Shown here in pieces: positions 1 through 8,872 of a stretch of 64,000 bases of DNA (position 1 is the stretch's first letter; the number at the start of each line of letters is the position of its first letter). Location of the stretch: assembly GCA_944332815.1 (NCBI GenBank), contig CALVKQ010000003.1:72419-136418 (forward strand). Reading direction: 5' to 3'. A model generated the notes under the pieces. The model saw nothing but the letters and a program-made list of their open reading frames with translations, did no database searches and was not told the origin of the DNA. The stretch is from an uncultured Clostridia bacterium (GTDB lineage Bacteria; Bacillota; Clostridia; Christensenellales; CAG-917). Both the position numbers and the translations under genes were made by a program.

Positions 1-625
1 TTTTCATCTTGTCGGCAAGTCCGGATGTGGAGAGAGAAATGTTGCGCTCGGACACCCCAAGCCCGTCCGGGGCGGTGACCTCCTCCAAAAAGCGCATCAC
101 GTTGTCGTAATTGTCCAACGGTTCGCCGCTGCCCATCAGCACGATATTTGTGACGGCGCGTTTGCGCGCGCTCCCTCCTTCCGCGCGGTTTACGGCGACC
201 ACTTGCCCGAGTATCTCCGAGAAATCCAAATCTCTGACAAGCCCGTCCGCCCCCGAAGCGCAGAAGGCGCAATGCATCCTGCACCCCACCTGGGTGGAAA
301 CGCACACGGTGTTGCCGTAATCGTGCGGCATGAATACGCTTTCTATGAGGTTGCCGTCGTCGAGCATGAACAGATACTTTTTGCTGCCGTCGCGCGACGC
401 GTAGACGCGCATGATACCGACGGGCACGGAAACGGCGGTTTCTTTGAGCTTTTCGCGCAGGGATACGGGGAGCGAAGTCATTTCGTCTATGCTCTTGCCG
501 TCAAAACAAAAGGCGCGCACCTGCTTTGCCGTGTAGCGCGGAGCGCCCTCCGGCAAAATTGCCGCTATCTCCTCGGCATCCAGCCCGAGCAAACGGAGTT
601 TTGCGTTCTCCCTCTCTGCGCTCAT
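1..625 (-). CDS. rlmN: Radical-SAM rRNA/tRNA adenine C2-methyltransferase RlmN, N-terminal part (C-terminus lies beyond the left edge)
   Basis: Not in the ORF track because it runs off the edge. My hand translation of the minus strand from ATG 625 gives MSAERENAKLRLLGLDAEEIAAILPEGAPRYTAKQVRAF...VCVSTQVGCRMHCAFCASG (CxxxCxxC radical-SAM cluster). ATGA overlap with the rsmB stop. Position is as expected after def-fmt-rsmB. Confidence 0.85.
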   Translation of the reverse strand, partial: MSAERENAKLRLLGLDAEEIAAILPEGAPRYTAKQVRAFCFDGKSIDEMTSLPVSLREKLKETAVSVPVGIMRVYASRDGSKKYLFMLDDGNLIESVFMPHDYGNTVCVSTQVGCRMHCAFCASGADGLVRDLDFSEILGQVVAVNRAEGGSARKRAVTNIVLMGSGEPLDNYDNVMRFLEEVTAPDGLGVSERNISLSTSGLADKMK

Positions 626-1866
626 TTGATGAACCTCGCGATAAAGAAACCGTCCCATTCCCCTTTCGGGAGTATCTTCAAAGTGCCGTCGTTAGCGTAC
701 GGCAAAGGCATTTTGTCGAGCCGCAGCCCCTTTTTGATGACATACTCCGCATTCCGCTCGTTTTCTTCCGCGAACAGTGTGCAAGTGGAATAGACCAGGA
801 CTCCGCCCGGTTTGAGGTAACGTACGGCGTTGTCTATTATGCGCCGCTGTGTGGCGGAGAGAGCGGCAACTGCTTCCTCTCCCCTTTGCAGAAACACGTC
901 GGGATGCTTTCTGTACGTCCCGAAACAGCTGCAAGGCACGTCCGCCATGACGCTGTCGAATCTCCCTTCGAAGCGCGGCTCGAACACGGTGGCGTCCGAC
1001 AGGGTCGGCGTAATGTTGTTTGCGTGCATACGCGCGGCGTACTTTTTGATGAGTTCCACACGGTGGGGATGCACGTCGCACGCAGTGATATGCGCCGAGG
1101 GAGCGAGTTCGGAGGCATACACCGCCTTCCCACCGGGCGCGGAACACAGATCCAGCATCTCCGTCCTGCCGCCCGGCGCCAGCGCTTTCACTGCCATCAT
1201 GGAAGAGGGGGACTGGAAAGTTATCATCCCCTCCGCGAACAGCGATCTGACGAGGGGCGTTACTTTGGTCAGCATACCGCCTGCGGCGCTCGGGGTCACC
1301 TCCTGTGCGCGCGCGTCGAACAGTTTCCGCACCGCGTCGTCGGAGGTCAGACGGGTGTTCACGCGGATGTGAGCAAGCTCGGGCACGGGGTCGGAAAGCA
1401 TGGCGATGAGCCGCTCTCTGCCGTACTCCCGAGTCATCTTGTCTATGAACCATTGCGGTTTTGAGTAATGCACGGAGAGATAATCGGGGTCGGAGGGGGC
1501 AGGCAGCGCGTATTTGCGCGCGGAGATCTTTTTGAGGACGGCGTTCACGAACCCTGCGGCGCCCTCTTTTCCCATCGCTTTTGCCGCTTCCACGCACTCG
1601 CTGACCGTGGCATAGTCGGGCACGTTGTCGAGATACAGCAACGCGTAAGCGCCGACTTTGAGCAAGACCGCGATCGCAGGCTTCGGTTTTTTCTCCACCA
1701 GTTCGGAAAGAATGTAGGAAAGTTCCGTGTCCCTTTCGAGCACACCGAACACGAGGCGCGCGGAGAGCGCGCTGGCATCCTCGCCGTCAAACGCACGGTC
1801 GGCGTACGTGCGGTCGCGGTATATCTTCGTGAGCAGCGCACATGCGGCGAGAATATGTTCTTTCAT
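622..1866 (-). CDS. rsmB: 16S rRNA m5C967 methyltransferase RsmB/Sun
   Basis: 414 aa with a NusB-like N-terminus. SAM-methyltransferase and catalytic Cys motifs DLCSAPGGK, DVPCSCFGT, VYSTCT. ATGA overlap with the fmt stop. Confidence 0.9.
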   Translation of the reverse strand: MKEHILAACALLTKIYRDRTYADRAFDGEDASALSARLVFGVLERDTELSYILSELVEKKPKPAIAVLLKVGAYALLYLDNVPDYATVSECVEAAKAMGKEGAAGFVNAVLKKISARKYALPAPSDPDYLSVHYSKPQWFIDKMTREYGRERLIAMLSDPVPELAHIRVNTRLTSDDAVRKLFDARAQEVTPSAAGGMLTKVTPLVRSLFAEGMITFQSPSSMMAVKALAPGGRTEMLDLCSAPGGKAVYASELAPSAHITACDVHPHRVELIKKYAARMHANNITPTLSDATVFEPRFEGRFDSVMADVPCSCFGTYRKHPDVFLQRGEEAVAALSATQRRIIDNAVRYLKPGGVLVYSTCTLFAEENERNAEYVIKKGLRLDKMPLPYANDGTLKILPKGEWDGFFIARFIK

Positions 1867-2792
1867 GCGAGTGATATCCCCTTTTCGAGTTTATGACCCA
1901 TGAGGTACGCCGTATCGCTCATGCGCGGTTTGCCGGCAGGCTGCAAGGAGGTGAGCCTGACCGCCCCGTCACCGCAGGCGACCACCAGCCCCTGAGAGGG
2001 GGTCGCGGCGAGCACTCTGCCAGGCTCTCCGTGTCCCTCCGCGCGCTCCGCCGCGAAAACTTTTATGCGCACGCCGTTCAGTTCGAACCAAGCGGAGGGC
2101 CAGGGGGTCATCCCTCTGACGAAATAGTCGAGTTCGCGCGCCGTGCGCCTGAAATCCAGCTTTCCGTCAGCTTTGGATATCATGCCGCAGTGGGTGGCTT
2201 CGGAGGCGTTCTGGGGGGTGAAGACGGCTTCGCCGCTTTCTATGAGCCGTACCGCCTCCGTAAGGGCGTCGCCGCCGAGGGACGCGAGCCTGTCGAACAG
2301 TTCGCCTGCCGTTTCTTTTTCGCCTATTTGTATCTTTTTTTGAAGCAGAACGTCGCCTGCGTCCACTTCTTTCACGGTGCGCATGACGCTGACGCCCGTT
2401 TCCTTGTCGCCGTTCAGAAGCGCCCACTGTATGGGGGACGCGCCGCGGTATTTAGGCAGCAAGGAGGCATGGACGTTTATCACCCCGAATGGGAAAAGGG
2501 AGATGAATCGCTCGGACAAAATCTGCCCGAAAGCCGCGGTGATGCCGAGGTCGGGCGCGAGCGCCGCCACCGCTTCGCATCCGTCGCGCGAAACTTTGTC
2601 GAATTGCAGCACGGGGATCCCGAGCGCGGTCGCCTTGACTTTGAGGGGTGAGGGGCGAAGTTCGTAACCTCTGCCCACGGGCTTGTCCGTCCCCGTGACC
2701 ACGGCAGCCACTTCGTGGGACGCGGCAAACCTCTCCAACACGCAAGCGGAGAAATCCGGAGTGCCCATGAAAATGACGCGCAGTTTATTCAT
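1863..2792 (-). CDS. fmt: Methionyl-tRNA formyltransferase
   Basis: Motifs MGTPDFS and HASLLPKYRGASPIQWAL. I prefer the ATG at 2792 (MNKLRVIFMG), which overlaps the def stop as ATGA; the track ORF extends to 2813. Confidence 0.9.
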   Translation of the reverse strand: MNKLRVIFMGTPDFSACVLERFAASHEVAAVVTGTDKPVGRGYELRPSPLKVKATALGIPVLQFDKVSRDGCEAVAALAPDLGITAAFGQILSERFISLFPFGVINVHASLLPKYRGASPIQWALLNGDKETGVSVMRTVKEVDAGDVLLQKKIQIGEKETAGELFDRLASLGGDALTEAVRLIESGEAVFTPQNASEATHCGMISKADGKLDFRRTARELDYFVRGMTPWPSAWFELNGVRIKVFAAERAEGHGEPGRVLAATPSQGLVVACGDGAVRLTSLQPAGKPRMSDTAYLMGHKLEKGISLA

Positions 2793-3241
2793 TCGTTTTT
2801 GAGGTCCTTGCACTTCGAGGTGTAAAGCACGCCGTCGAGGTGATCCATCTCATGCTGGAAAGCGCGGGCGGTGAACCCCTCCACCTTGTACTTTTTCTTT
2901 TTGCCGTAGCGGTCGAACGCCTGCACCGTTATCTTATCGGCGCGCGTGACCGTGCCGTACTTGCCCTTGACGGAGAGGCAGCCCTCTATGCCCGTCTGCT
3001 CCCCCGACGCGGATTTCAGTTCGGGGTTGACGAGTTCGAAGTAACCCTCCTCCGTGCTTACGACGCACACGCGTTTGAGCACCGCGACCTGGGGGGCGGC
3101 GAGCCCTGCGCCGTCCGCCGCTTCCAGCGTTTCGCGCATATCGTCCAGTAGGATGTGCAGTTTTTCGTCGAAAACTTCGACGGGACGACACTTCTTGAAC
3201 AGGATGGGATCGGGTGATTGCAGGATGATTCGTTTCGCCAT
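2789..3241 (-). CDS. def: Peptide deformylase
   Basis: 150 aa with all three deformylase motifs: GLAAPQV, EGCLS, HEMDH. Confidence 0.93.
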   Translation of the reverse strand: MAKRIILQSPDPILFKKCRPVEVFDEKLHILLDDMRETLEAADGAGLAAPQVAVLKRVCVVSTEEGYFELVNPELKSASGEQTGIEGCLSVKGKYGTVTRADKITVQAFDRYGKKKKYKVEGFTARAFQHEMDHLDGVLYTSKCKDLKNE

Positions 3242-3245
3242 TTTC

Positions 3246-5417
3246 TTATATCAGGCTCTGCGGATCTATCTCCGCAAAGCAACTCCCCTTTTTAGGTTTG
3301 TATTGCGCCGTGAGCGCGTATATCTCGGGCATTATCCTCTCGAAAACTTCGGGCAGCAGGCGCATGAGCACCTGATATCTGACCAGCCCGTGCATCTTGG
3401 TCACGGGAGAACGCGCCGCGCCTATATATACGAACTTGCCCTCGCGCTTTTCTATTTCCAGGATAGCGCGGTATATGCTCCTCGTGCTGTCCACGGCTGC
3501 CTGTTCCTCTTCCGACGCCACGAGCACGCGCACCACTTTGGTGAAGGGCGGAAACTTCGTGACCATCCGCGAGTTTATCTCCTTGCGCCAGAAGCCCTCG
3601 TAATCGTACGTCCTGCCGAAGCGGAAGACGTAATGGCGCGGAGAATATGTCTGCAGGATGACTCTGCCCTTTTTGTCCGCTCTGCCTGCGCGCCCGGCGA
3701 CCTGCGTTATCAGTTGGAAGGTGCGCTCCGAGGAGCGGTAATCGCTGAAATACAGTGCGGAGTCCGCTTCCAGTATGCCCACAAGCGTGACGTTGGGGAA
3801 GTCGTGCCCTTTGGCTATCATCTGCGTGCCGACGAGCACGTCCGCCCCTCCCGTGGAAAACTCGTTGAGGATGCGGAAATAGCTGTCCTTGCGCGAGGTG
3901 GTATCGTTGTCCATGCGCAGGATGCGCACGTCGGGGAAGAGGTTTTTAAGCTCCTCCGCCACCTTCTCGGTGCCCGTCTTCCCGTGCTTTATCTCCGTGC
4001 TGCCACACTGCGGACACTTTGCCAGCGCGTGATAACGCTTACCGCAGCAGTGGCATTTCAAGACGTTCTCGCTCTTGTGATAAGTGAGGGAAACGTCGCA
4101 GTCCTCGCACTTGGCTATCCAGCCGCACGCCTTGCACATCACAAAAGAGGAAAAACCTCTGCGGTTTAAGAAGAGTATGCACTGCTCCCCTCTGCCGAGC
4201 GCCGCCCCTATACCGTCCTTCAACGCCGCGGAGAAGAGGGAACGGTTGCCGTAACGGAACTCCTGCACCATGTCCACTATCTCCATCTCGGGCAGCTGAT
4301 ATGCCGCGATGCGGTGTTTTAAGGATATCAGTTTATACTTCCCTTCCGTCGCCAGCAGGTAACTCTCCATGGAAGGAGTGGCGGAGCCGAGCACCAACGC
4401 CGCGCCGCACGCTTCCGCGCGCATCTTCGCCACTTCTTTGGTGTCGTAACGGGGGTTGGACTCGCTGACGTAACTGGAATCGTGCTCCTCGTCTATTATG
4501 ATGACGCCTATATTTTCCAGAGGCGCGAAGACCGCCGAACGCGGACCGACGGCTATCTTTGCTCTGCCCTCTTTCAGCCTCTTCCATTCGTCGTAACGCT
4601 CGCCTGCGTTCAGACCGGAGTGCATGAGCGCGACCAGATCGCCGAATCTTGCGCGGAAAAGCCCCAGTATCTGCGGAGTGAGAGCGATCTCGGGCACCAG
4701 CATGATCGCGGTCTTGCCGCGCTCCAACATCCGCTCGATGACGGTCATGTACACTTCCGTCTTGCCGCTGCCCGTCACGCCGTGAAGCAAAAACACGCCT
4801 TTCCCGTCCGCGATGGCGTCCACTGCGGCGCGCTGATCGTCGGTGAGCGTCACCTGCTTGTTTTCCCTTTCCAAAGTGCGGAGGGGCACGCGCGCTTCAC
4901 GGACGCTGCTCTCGCGCACAAAACGCTTTTCGCGCAGACCGTCCACCGCGCTTGCTCCGAATTTTTCCGTAAGCACGGAAAGGAATTCCCCTTCCACGCC
5001 GCGGAGGTATTCCAGCGCGGCGCGCTGACGGGGCGCGCGTTTTAAGGCTGCGCTCACCTCTTCGTCATAAGGGTCTGCGGCTGCGGAAAGGTAAATGCGC
5101 CCTAACTCCGGGTCCCTTTCGTCGCGCAGTTTGGAAGGCACGAACAGGCGCAGCACATCGATATGACGAAGGAAATATTTTTCCCTCATGGCGGTCATGA
5201 GCGCAAGTTGCTCGGAGTTCACGGGGGTGTCGAGCAGCCTCGCCTTTTTGAGGTCGTGGAACTCCGAACTCTGCTTTTTGCCCACCACGAAACCGACGGT
5301 ATGTTTTCTGCCGAAGTCCACCGCGACCCTGCTTCCGAGCGGCATATCCTCCCCCTCGTAATCGAAGGGTCGGTCTATCTCCGCCGTGGAAATGTCAACG
5401 ATGACTTCAAGCACCAT
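3246..5417 (-). CDS. priA: Primosomal protein N' (replication restart helicase PriA)
   Basis: Walker A GVTGSGKTEVY, IIDEEHD, and a Cys-rich zinc cluster (CKACGW..CEDCD..CHCCG..CPQCGS). Start taken at MVLEVIVD (5417), because the longer track ORF overlaps coaBC with an implausible peptide. Confidence 0.9.
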   Translation of the reverse strand: MVLEVIVDISTAEIDRPFDYEGEDMPLGSRVAVDFGRKHTVGFVVGKKQSSEFHDLKKARLLDTPVNSEQLALMTAMREKYFLRHIDVLRLFVPSKLRDERDPELGRIYLSAAADPYDEEVSAALKRAPRQRAALEYLRGVEGEFLSVLTEKFGASAVDGLREKRFVRESSVREARVPLRTLERENKQVTLTDDQRAAVDAIADGKGVFLLHGVTGSGKTEVYMTVIERMLERGKTAIMLVPEIALTPQILGLFRARFGDLVALMHSGLNAGERYDEWKRLKEGRAKIAVGPRSAVFAPLENIGVIIIDEEHDSSYVSESNPRYDTKEVAKMRAEACGAALVLGSATPSMESYLLATEGKYKLISLKHRIAAYQLPEMEIVDMVQEFRYGNRSLFSAALKDGIGAALGRGEQCILFLNRRGFSSFVMCKACGWIAKCEDCDVSLTYHKSENVLKCHCCGKRYHALAKCPQCGSTEIKHGKTGTEKVAEELKNLFPDVRILRMDNDTTSRKDSYFRILNEFSTGGADVLVGTQMIAKGHDFPNVTLVGILEADSALYFSDYRSSERTFQLITQVAGRAGRADKKGRVILQTYSPRHYVFRFGRTYDYEGFWRKEINSRMVTKFPPFTKVVRVLVASEEEQAAVDSTRSIYRAILEIEKREGKFVYIGAARSPVTKMHGLVRYQVLMRLLPEVFERIMPEIYALTAQYKPKKGSCFAEIDPQSLI

Positions 5418-6600
5418 AATTTTGAATGACCGCGTCCAGGATGACGTCGGCAAGTTCGCGTTTGGACATGAGCCCACACTCGCGGATGTCACCGTTTCTG
5501 CCCACGAGCGTGGCGATGTTGGTGTCCACGTCAAAGCCTGCGCCCTCTTTGGTGACGTCGTTGGCGACCGCGAAGTCCGCATTCTTTGCGGCGAGTTTCT
5601 TTCTGGCGTTTGTGAGGAGGTCCTCCGTTTCGGCGGAGAAAATGACCAGCTTACGTCCGTTTTTTATCTTGCCCACCGCCGCCGCGATGTCGGGGTTCTT
5701 TTCAAGTTCCAAGGTCAGAGTCGCGCTCTTTATCTTGGAGGAAAAAGTCTTTTTAAGTCGGTAATCGGCAGGTGCGGCAGCCATGATGACGACGTCCGCG
5801 CCCTCCGTTTCCGCAAGCACCGCGTCCATCATCTCCGCGGTGGAACGCACGCGCACGCTCTTTGCGATGCCGCGAGGTTCGGGAGCGCTCATATTGCCGC
5901 GCACCAGCACGACTTCCGCGCCGCGTTCGGCGGCAGCCTGCGCGATGGCGCACCCCATCTTGCCGCTGGAATGGTTGGTTATCACTCTCACGCCGTCGAT
6001 ATACTCTTCCGTCGCGCCTGCCGTCACCAGCACCCTCTTGCCGTCAAAGTCGTTGAGGGGCTGCAACACGCCGATGACGGCGTCCACGATGTCGCAAGGC
6101 TCCGCCATTTTGCCTTTGCCCACGTCGCCGCACGCGAGCCTGCCCGTCTGCGCGTCGCAGAAAACGACTCCCGACTCCGCAAGCGCGCGCATATTGCGCT
6201 GGGTGGCAGGGTCTTCGTACATGGCGGTGTTCATTGCCGGCGCGATGAGTTTGGGCGCCTTGCAGGCAAGCCAGGTGGTGGACAGCATATCGTCGGCGAT
6301 GCCGCCGGCAAACTTGCCTATGACGTTGGCGGTCGCAGGCGCAACCACGAAGATATCCGCCTTTTTCGCGAGAGAAACGTGGTGCACGTCATGCTCCTCA
6401 CGCCTCTCGAAAGTGCCCGTTACCACCTTGTGCCCGGAGAGCGTTTCAAAAGTGAGGGGCGCGACGAAACGCGCGGCGTTCTGCGTCATTATGACGTCCA
6501 CTTCCGCGCCCAGTTTTACAAGCCGCGACACCAGTTCGCAGCTCTTATAAGCGGCGATGCCGCCGCTCACGCCCAACACTATGTTCCTTCCGTACAACAT
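5407..6600 (-). CDS. coaBC: Bifunctional phosphopantothenoylcysteine decarboxylase / phosphopantothenate-cysteine ligase
   Basis: 397 aa. N-terminal flavoprotein motif GVSGGIAAYK; CoaB half with ITNHSSGKMG. Confidence 0.9.
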   Translation of the reverse strand: MLYGRNIVLGVSGGIAAYKSCELVSRLVKLGAEVDVIMTQNAARFVAPLTFETLSGHKVVTGTFERREEHDVHHVSLAKKADIFVVAPATANVIGKFAGGIADDMLSTTWLACKAPKLIAPAMNTAMYEDPATQRNMRALAESGVVFCDAQTGRLACGDVGKGKMAEPCDIVDAVIGVLQPLNDFDGKRVLVTAGATEEYIDGVRVITNHSSGKMGCAIAQAAAERGAEVVLVRGNMSAPEPRGIAKSVRVRSTAEMMDAVLAETEGADVVIMAAAPADYRLKKTFSSKIKSATLTLELEKNPDIAAAVGKIKNGRKLVIFSAETEDLLTNARKKLAAKNADFAVANDVTKEGAGFDVDTNIATLVGRNGDIRECGLMSKRELADVILDAVIQNYGA

Positions 6601-6794
6601 CAGTCGCGAACGATCTTGACCTTGCCTTCGTATATCTCTTTGCAGGCAAGAGTGACGGGTTTTTCGCCGCTGTTGGCAAGATAAGCGCTGTCGCTGGTGA
6701 GCAGTTCACGCGTGCGCTTCGCGACCGCGCAAGCCAGCGCGTAACGGCATTCCGCCCTTTTGATGAGTTTGTCGATCGGGGGGTCGATCATCAT
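6600..6794 (-). CDS. rpoZ: DNA-directed RNA polymerase subunit omega
   Basis: 64 aa, IDKLIKRAECRYALACAVAKRTRELL. Sits between gmk and coaBC as in many Firmicutes. Confidence 0.85.
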   Translation of the reverse strand: MMIDPPIDKLIKRAECRYALACAVAKRTRELLTSDSAYLANSGEKPVTLACKEIYEGKVKIVRD

Positions 6795-6798
6795 AATT

Positions 6799-7419
6799 TC
6801 AGTCCTCCGTAGGGAATATATTTTGAGTTGCGGCGCGGTCGGTGCGGAGATGTTCGCTCTTTATGATGGAAACTATCTCGTCCGCACAAGTGCGCGCCAC
6901 CGTATTGGTCACCACATAATCGTATGACGGTATGTCTTTGCTTTCGTTCTCTATCTCGCGCAGTCTGCGTTCCAAACTCTCCGGGCTTTCGGAACCGCGC
7001 CCGATGAGCCTAGCTTTGAGCGCTTCCAGCGAAGGCGGCTGCACGAATATGGTCACGCAGTCGGGATAGAGCTTTTTGAGGTTTTTCGCGCCCACCACGT
7101 TGAGTTCCAGCAAAATGTCCACGCCGGACGAGATGGGACCGTCTATCTCGCTCTTCAACGTGCCGTAGTAGTTGGTGAAGGTGCGAGTGTATTCCACAAA
7201 CGCGCCCTCTTCTATCTTGCGCTCGAACTCCTCCTCGGAGAGGAAGTAATAGTTCACGCCGTTCTCTTCTCCGGCGCGCGGAGCGCGCGTCGTGCAAGAG
7301 ATGGAAAAACGCAGCGTGGGCAGTTCGTCCAGCACCATCTGTATGACAGTGCCCTTGCCCACTCCGCTGAAACCGGATATCACGACCAAAAGTCCTTTCG
7401 CCTGCATATCATTCAACAT
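6799..7419 (-). CDS. gmk: Guanylate kinase
   Basis: P-loop SGFSGVGKGT and a typical length. An alternative start is MQAKGLLVV at 7407. Confidence 0.9.
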   Translation of the reverse strand: MLNDMQAKGLLVVISGFSGVGKGTVIQMVLDELPTLRFSISCTTRAPRAGEENGVNYYFLSEEEFERKIEEGAFVEYTRTFTNYYGTLKSEIDGPISSGVDILLELNVVGAKNLKKLYPDCVTIFVQPPSLEALKARLIGRGSESPESLERRLREIENESKDIPSYDYVVTNTVARTCADEIVSIIKSEHLRTDRAATQNIFPTED

Positions 7420-8284
7420 TCTGCGCCTGTTCGCGTATCTTTTCTATGTCGTTTTTGAGTTTGAGCACTTCTGTGGTCAGTCTAAGATCGTTCGCCTTGG
7501 AGCCTATGGTGTTCGCCTCGCGGTTCATCTCCTGCACCAAAAAGTCCAGCTTTCTGCCCACCGGACCCGTGGAGGCGAGATACCCCCTCATCGCCGAGAT
7601 ATGCGCTTTCAGTCTGCTTATCTCCTCGTCCACGGCGCATTTGTCCGCAAACAAGGCGACTTCCGTAGCGATGCGGTTCATGTCCGCCACTTCGCTGCCC
7701 AGCAGTTCGGTGATGCGCGCGGTGAGTTTTTTGCGGTAGTCCTCCACCACGGAAGGCGCGGTGCGCTCTATCACCGCCACGGACTCGGACATGGAATCCA
7801 GCTTGGAAGAGATATCCTCTGCGAGCGCGTCCCCCTCTCTCGACCTCATCGCCGCAAGATTATCCAGCGCTTCGCCAAGGGCGGACAACAGCAGTTCGCG
7901 CAGTTGATCCTCGTCGGCGGAAATGGCTTCCAGCGTTATTATATCCGCATTTTTCATAAGCGCCGCCGCGTCGATGCCGAGTGGGATGTCCAGCGCCGAG
8001 GAAAGTTCCTTCGCGGTCCTGACGTACTTCGCCGCGAGTTCGGCGTCCGCCTTGTATTCCGCACGCTTGCCCTGTTCCTGCGTATAGGTGATGAAGATGT
8101 CCGCGTGTCCTCTGTTCACGACTGCGGCGACGGCTTTTTTTGCGTCGTCTTCCGCAAAGAGGAAACTCTTCGGCATCTTCGCGCTCCAATCGAAGAACTT
8201 GTGGTTGACGGTCTTGATCTCTACGGTGATGCTCCTGCCCTCTGCCGAGGCCTCGCCTTTTCCGTAACCTGTCATGCTACGCAT
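7409..8284 (-). CDS. YicC-family stress-induced protein
   Basis: Starts MRSMTGYGKGE. C-terminal EMNREANTIGSKAND motif is typical of YicC/YloC. Start chosen at 8284 rather than the track's 8326. Confidence 0.8.
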   Translation of the reverse strand: MRSMTGYGKGEASAEGRSITVEIKTVNHKFFDWSAKMPKSFLFAEDDAKKAVAAVVNRGHADIFITYTQEQGKRAEYKADAELAAKYVRTAKELSSALDIPLGIDAAALMKNADIITLEAISADEDQLRELLLSALGEALDNLAAMRSREGDALAEDISSKLDSMSESVAVIERTAPSVVEDYRKKLTARITELLGSEVADMNRIATEVALFADKCAVDEEISRLKAHISAMRGYLASTGPVGRKLDFLVQEMNREANTIGSKANDLRLTTEVLKLKNDIEKIREQAQNVE

Positions 8285-8388
8285 ACACGCACACCCACCC
8301 GAATGATTTTTATTATAATAACACAAAAGTTATCCCGTCCGCAAGAGTTTGCGAACGGGATTTTGACGACATATCCCCCCTTTAACGC

Positions 8389-8871
8389 TCAAAAATGTTC
8401 CGTTTTCCGCTGTTTGCGCAGTTCGCGTCTGCGCGCGCCGGCTCTCCACGCTTCCAGTTCCGCTTCCGTCACGGGGAGGAGCTCGGGCACTTCGGTGGGT
8501 TCCTCGTTCTCATCGAGAGCGACGAGGATAAGGTACGCCACGTTTATTAGCTTCCTGTTGCCGGACAGTTCCTCCACAAAAGTCTTCACGCACACTTCCA
8601 TGGAAGTCTTGCCGACATAGGTCATCTTGCCCGTCATGTACACGGTGTCGTTCACCCTTGCAGGAGCGCGGAACTCCAATGTGTCCACGAAAACGGTGGT
8701 CACGTTGCGTTCGGAGTGTCTGCGCGCCACCACGGCGGCAAGGATGTCTATCCAGGACATCAGCGCGCCGCCGAACAGCCTGTCAAACCCGTTTATGTCC
8801 GACTGCGTTATGATGTGGACCTGCTCGGTGCAGGAGTCGGAGGGATGTTTCACTCTTCTTTCTTTTTCCAT
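8389..8871 (-). CDS. Acyl-CoA thioesterase (hotdog fold, YciA/YkhA-like)
   Basis: Resembles hotdog thioesterases (INGFDRLFGGALMSWIDILAAVVARRH...GKTSMEVCV). Start at 8871 (MEKERRVKH) has GGGAGA upstream; the longer track ORF overlaps ligA. Confidence 0.7.
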   Translation of the reverse strand: MEKERRVKHPSDSCTEQVHIITQSDINGFDRLFGGALMSWIDILAAVVARRHSERNVTTVFVDTLEFRAPARVNDTVYMTGKMTYVGKTSMEVCVKTFVEELSGNRKLINVAYLILVALDENEEPTEVPELLPVTEAELEAWRAGARRRELRKQRKTEHF

Positions 8872-8872
8872 A